A DNA stretch of 56,983 bases from a virus (taxonomy: Duplodnaviria; Caudoviricetes), in IMG/VR virus record IMGVR_UViG_3300008261_000022, positions 1-56,983 of that record; one strand, given 5' to 3'. Within the stretch, counting starts at the first letter, position 1. Every line of letters begins with the position of its first letter. This document shows, piece by piece, positions 55,394 to 56,983 of the stretch. The notes below the pieces were generated by a model. That model saw only the letters and a list, made by a program, of their open reading frames with translations. It did no database searches and was not told where the DNA came from. The translations under genes were made by a program, and so were the position numbers.

Positions 55394-56784
55394 TATTTAG
55401 CCTCCAATGCGGCTACTTTGGTTTCTAGGGTCTCGATGCGGGTTGCCTGTGCATCGTTGATTGCTTTGAGTTCTTGGATTGCTGCAGTCAGAGTTGCCAC
55501 CAAGAATGAAGTATCAACCCCCTGATACACGGGAACCTCACGCTCCTCATGAACTGCTTCTACCGCAGGGGTGAGTTCGTTGCCTTCGTCATCATAGGTT
55601 GCTGGTACTGCGGGAGAGACTTCTACCTGACGAATCTCTGTTGCGTCTTTCTCACCAGTCACACACTCAGGAACTACATCTTGCAACTCGTGAGCAATAA
55701 AACCTTGACCATTTGAGCCGTCAACATTCCATTTATAAGTGCAAGGTTTAAGCAATGCTACCTTTGCCAGTGCGCCTGTCATGGGTGCAATGGTGTTCTT
55801 TAGGCGGTAGTCGGAGGAGGTGTTGTAAATGGTGGTAGTCAATGTTGTGCTAATTGATCCTACCGTAGTACTGTTGCGGGCAAACACAATAGTAAATTCA
55901 GTACCAGCAGAAGAATTTTGGTTGTGAAAAACGGAATAGGCAACCGTTCCATTAACCGTTGTGACGTTAAATTTATCATTGAACAGGCGACTCGTCGTCC
56001 CCACCAGCAAGTTACCGTTGGGGTCGATACGCATCGTTTCACCAACGGTTGTATTGGAAAACATTAAATTGTTAAAAGCGCCCGAAAACGGGTTTGAGTT
56101 TGCGAGTGTGATTCCGCTAGTTCCGTGACTGATTTGCAGTGTCGTGTTGTTTGTGCCATCATTTGAAGCGAAACTTCCGGAGACACCGTTAGAGCCTCGT
56201 GATACCGTTAGCGAGCCACCTACAACAGACAATCTATTGGCTCCCGGCGAATTTGTACCAATCCCCACATTACCGCTGGAGTCGATGGTTAACTTAGTGC
56301 CAGCAGATGCCCCGCCATAAATCGAAAGGTCAGAATTTGCACCATTGTCTTGTGCAATAAACGACCACACTTGACCTGTAATAGTGTTAGAACTAAGATT
56401 TATGCCGCCATACCCAGATGGGTTGCGTGTGAGCACTCCATAGTTAGTTGTGTCACCAACAACCGTCAATTTTCTTGTAGGCGATGTAGTCCCAATACCC
56501 AAGTTACCGCTGGAGTCTATCCGCATACTTTCCGCACCACCCTCCGTAAAGGCAATGGTATCTGCGGCAGGGGAGAAGATTCCTGTGTTTGTGTCACCTG
56601 TGAAGGTAATAGATGGTGTTGAAGCAGAGCCAGCAACAAACTCAATGGTCTGTGATCCGCCTGATGTTAATATCGTGCCGGAAGTTTGTGGAAGCGTCAG
56701 CGTGTAGCTTGTATTTGAATTAGGCGCAGCAATGGTAAATGTACCTGTACCGCTTGCGTTACCCTCGAGTGTTATTTTAGACAT
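55393..56784 (-). CDS. Tail fibre with C-terminal intramolecular chaperone (peptidase S74)
   Basis: RIDSSGNLGIGT repeats; SDYRLK...GFIAHELQ...LTAAIQEL. Confidence 0.88.
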   Translation of the reverse strand: MSKITLEGNASGTGTFTIAAPNSNTSYTLTLPQTSGTILTSGGSQTIEFVAGSASTPSITFTGDTNTGIFSPAADTIAFTEGGAESMRIDSSGNLGIGTTSPTRKLTVVGDTTNYGVLTRNPSGYGGINLSSNTITGQVWSFIAQDNGANSDLSIYGGASAGTKLTIDSSGNVGIGTNSPGANRLSVVGGSLTVSRGSNGVSGSFASNDGTNNTTLQISHGTSGITLANSNPFSGAFNNLMFSNTTVGETMRIDPNGNLLVGTTSRLFNDKFNVTTVNGTVAYSVFHNQNSSAGTEFTIVFARNSTTVGSISTTLTTTIYNTSSDYRLKNTIAPMTGALAKVALLKPCTYKWNVDGSNGQGFIAHELQDVVPECVTGEKDATEIRQVEVSPAVPATYDDEGNELTPAVEAVHEEREVPVYQGVDTSFLVATLTAAIQELKAINDAQATRIETLETKVAALEAK

Positions 56785-56983
56785 TATTTGTCCTCCAACG
56801 CTGCGAGTCGTAAAGGCTCAAGGTCTTCTGTTGTCCAGAAATCCTTTGCCAACATGATTTTCAGATGGTCACGATTCCTCTGCAAGAAATCTGCCCAGTC
56901 TTCGTCTGTCATGCCTTCGGGTTGTCCTGCGTTGATGAGGTTGACGGAATCCATTGCGGCACTGAGGTGCTGGGCGATTTGTT
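56784..56983 (-). CDS. Small tail-fibre-associated protein, allele B (5' end off right edge)
   Basis: ...QIAQHLSAAMDSVNLINAGQPEGMTDEDWADFLQRNRDHLKIMLAKDFWTTEDLEPLRLAALEDK*; TAATG coupling to next fibre gene. Confidence 0.8.
   Translation of the reverse strand, partial: QIAQHLSAAMDSVNLINAGQPEGMTDEDWADFLQRNRDHLKIMLAKDFWTTEDLEPLRLAALEDK
56790..56983. repeat. Imperfect terminal direct repeat, copy 2
   Basis: Colinear with 1-194. Confidence 0.95.

Larger units (their letters stand above)
1..56983. mobile_element. Near-complete tailed dsDNA bacteriophage genome (podovirus-like), circularly permuted
   Basis: Terminase, portal, capsid, tail, lysis and replication modules all present; ends overlap by 194 colinear nt within one tail-region gene; no host housekeeping genes. 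Confidence 0.97.

Overview
The window is an essentially complete, circularly permuted genome (~56.8 kb) of a tailed dsDNA phage with podovirus-type architecture. It is probably lytic: no integrase, CI repressor, DNA polymerase, RNA polymerase or tRNA was recognised. Nearly all genes are on the minus strand. From a divergent promoter region at ~34.45 kb, the minus strand carries Cro, a DUF1376 initiator, an SF4 helicase, RusA, a Rap1a-like protein and a C5 DNA methyltransferase with a nested alternative-frame ORF. It continues through small early genes, terS, terL, a 2310-aa modular protein, portal, GroES, scaffold, capsid, adaptor and tail fibres. Across the contig junction come more fibres, lysis genes, tail tube/nozzle genes and ejection proteins ending in a lytic transglycosylase. 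A short plus-strand operon encodes an SSB-like protein, an HTH protein, a lipoprotein and an exonuclease. The most striking unexplained signal is a short peptide motif, [M/L/F/Y]-[K/A/Q/R]-x-G-G (e.g. YKKGG, YAKGG, MAKGG, FARGG). It occurs about 29 times in six late genes and marks the module boundaries of the 2310-aa protein between terL and portal, suggesting a motif-directed capsid-cargo or polyprotein-processing system. All family assignments come from motif recognition by eye, not from database searches.
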